In this document: positions 63,955 to 64,000 of the stretch, in pieces
How positions within the stretch are numbered: the stretch's first letter is position 1
How the letters are laid out: every line of letters starts with the position of its first letter
NCBI GenBank assembly: GCA_964234715.1
Contig: OZ174282.1
DNA from: Podarcis melisellensis
Lineage: Eukaryota
Direction: 5' to 3' (one strand)
Length of the DNA: 64,000 bases
Notes under the pieces: model-generated
What the model was told of the DNA's origin: nothing
Databases searched by the model: none
Seen by the model: the letters and a program-made list of their open reading frames with translations, nothing else
Program-made: the position numbers and the translations under genes

Positions 63955-64000
63955 CTAAAAAATGAAAAAATGTGAACATAAGCCAATTTATTGGTTATGA

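Overview
Vertebrate genomic DNA; the transposon landscape points to a squamate reptile, probably a lacertid lizard (inference). Two protein-coding genes lie on the minus strand, in the same order as on human 16q23. RFWD3 contributes its last 8 coding exons (63954-59210; 446 aa plus stop; coiled coil and WD40). About 3 kb later come the CpG-island promoter and coding exons 1-22 of GLG1 (56123-411; 999 codons; all GT-AG with consistent phases); GLG1 continues off the left edge. The introns are dense with Sauria SINEs, other tRNA-derived SINEs, L1, L2 and RTE fragments, Tc1/mariner and hAT MITEs, and Penelope-like elements. Most notable, all in the 23-kb GLG1 intron 1: (i) a decayed 5' copy of SLAIN2 abutting a DNA-transposon end; (ii) a 202-bp TSD-flanked Penelope-like fold-back insertion with an apparently intact minimal hammerhead ribozyme on the strand antisense to GLG1; (iii) two Sauria SINEs that differ at one base yet have independent TSDs. 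There are also candidate unannotated GLG1 cassette and poison exons and a tandemly duplicated RFWD3 poly(A) signal. I did not find a clearly new multi-gene system. Gene and repeat-family identifications rest on recalled sequences, not database searches; repeat boundaries without TSDs are approximate.
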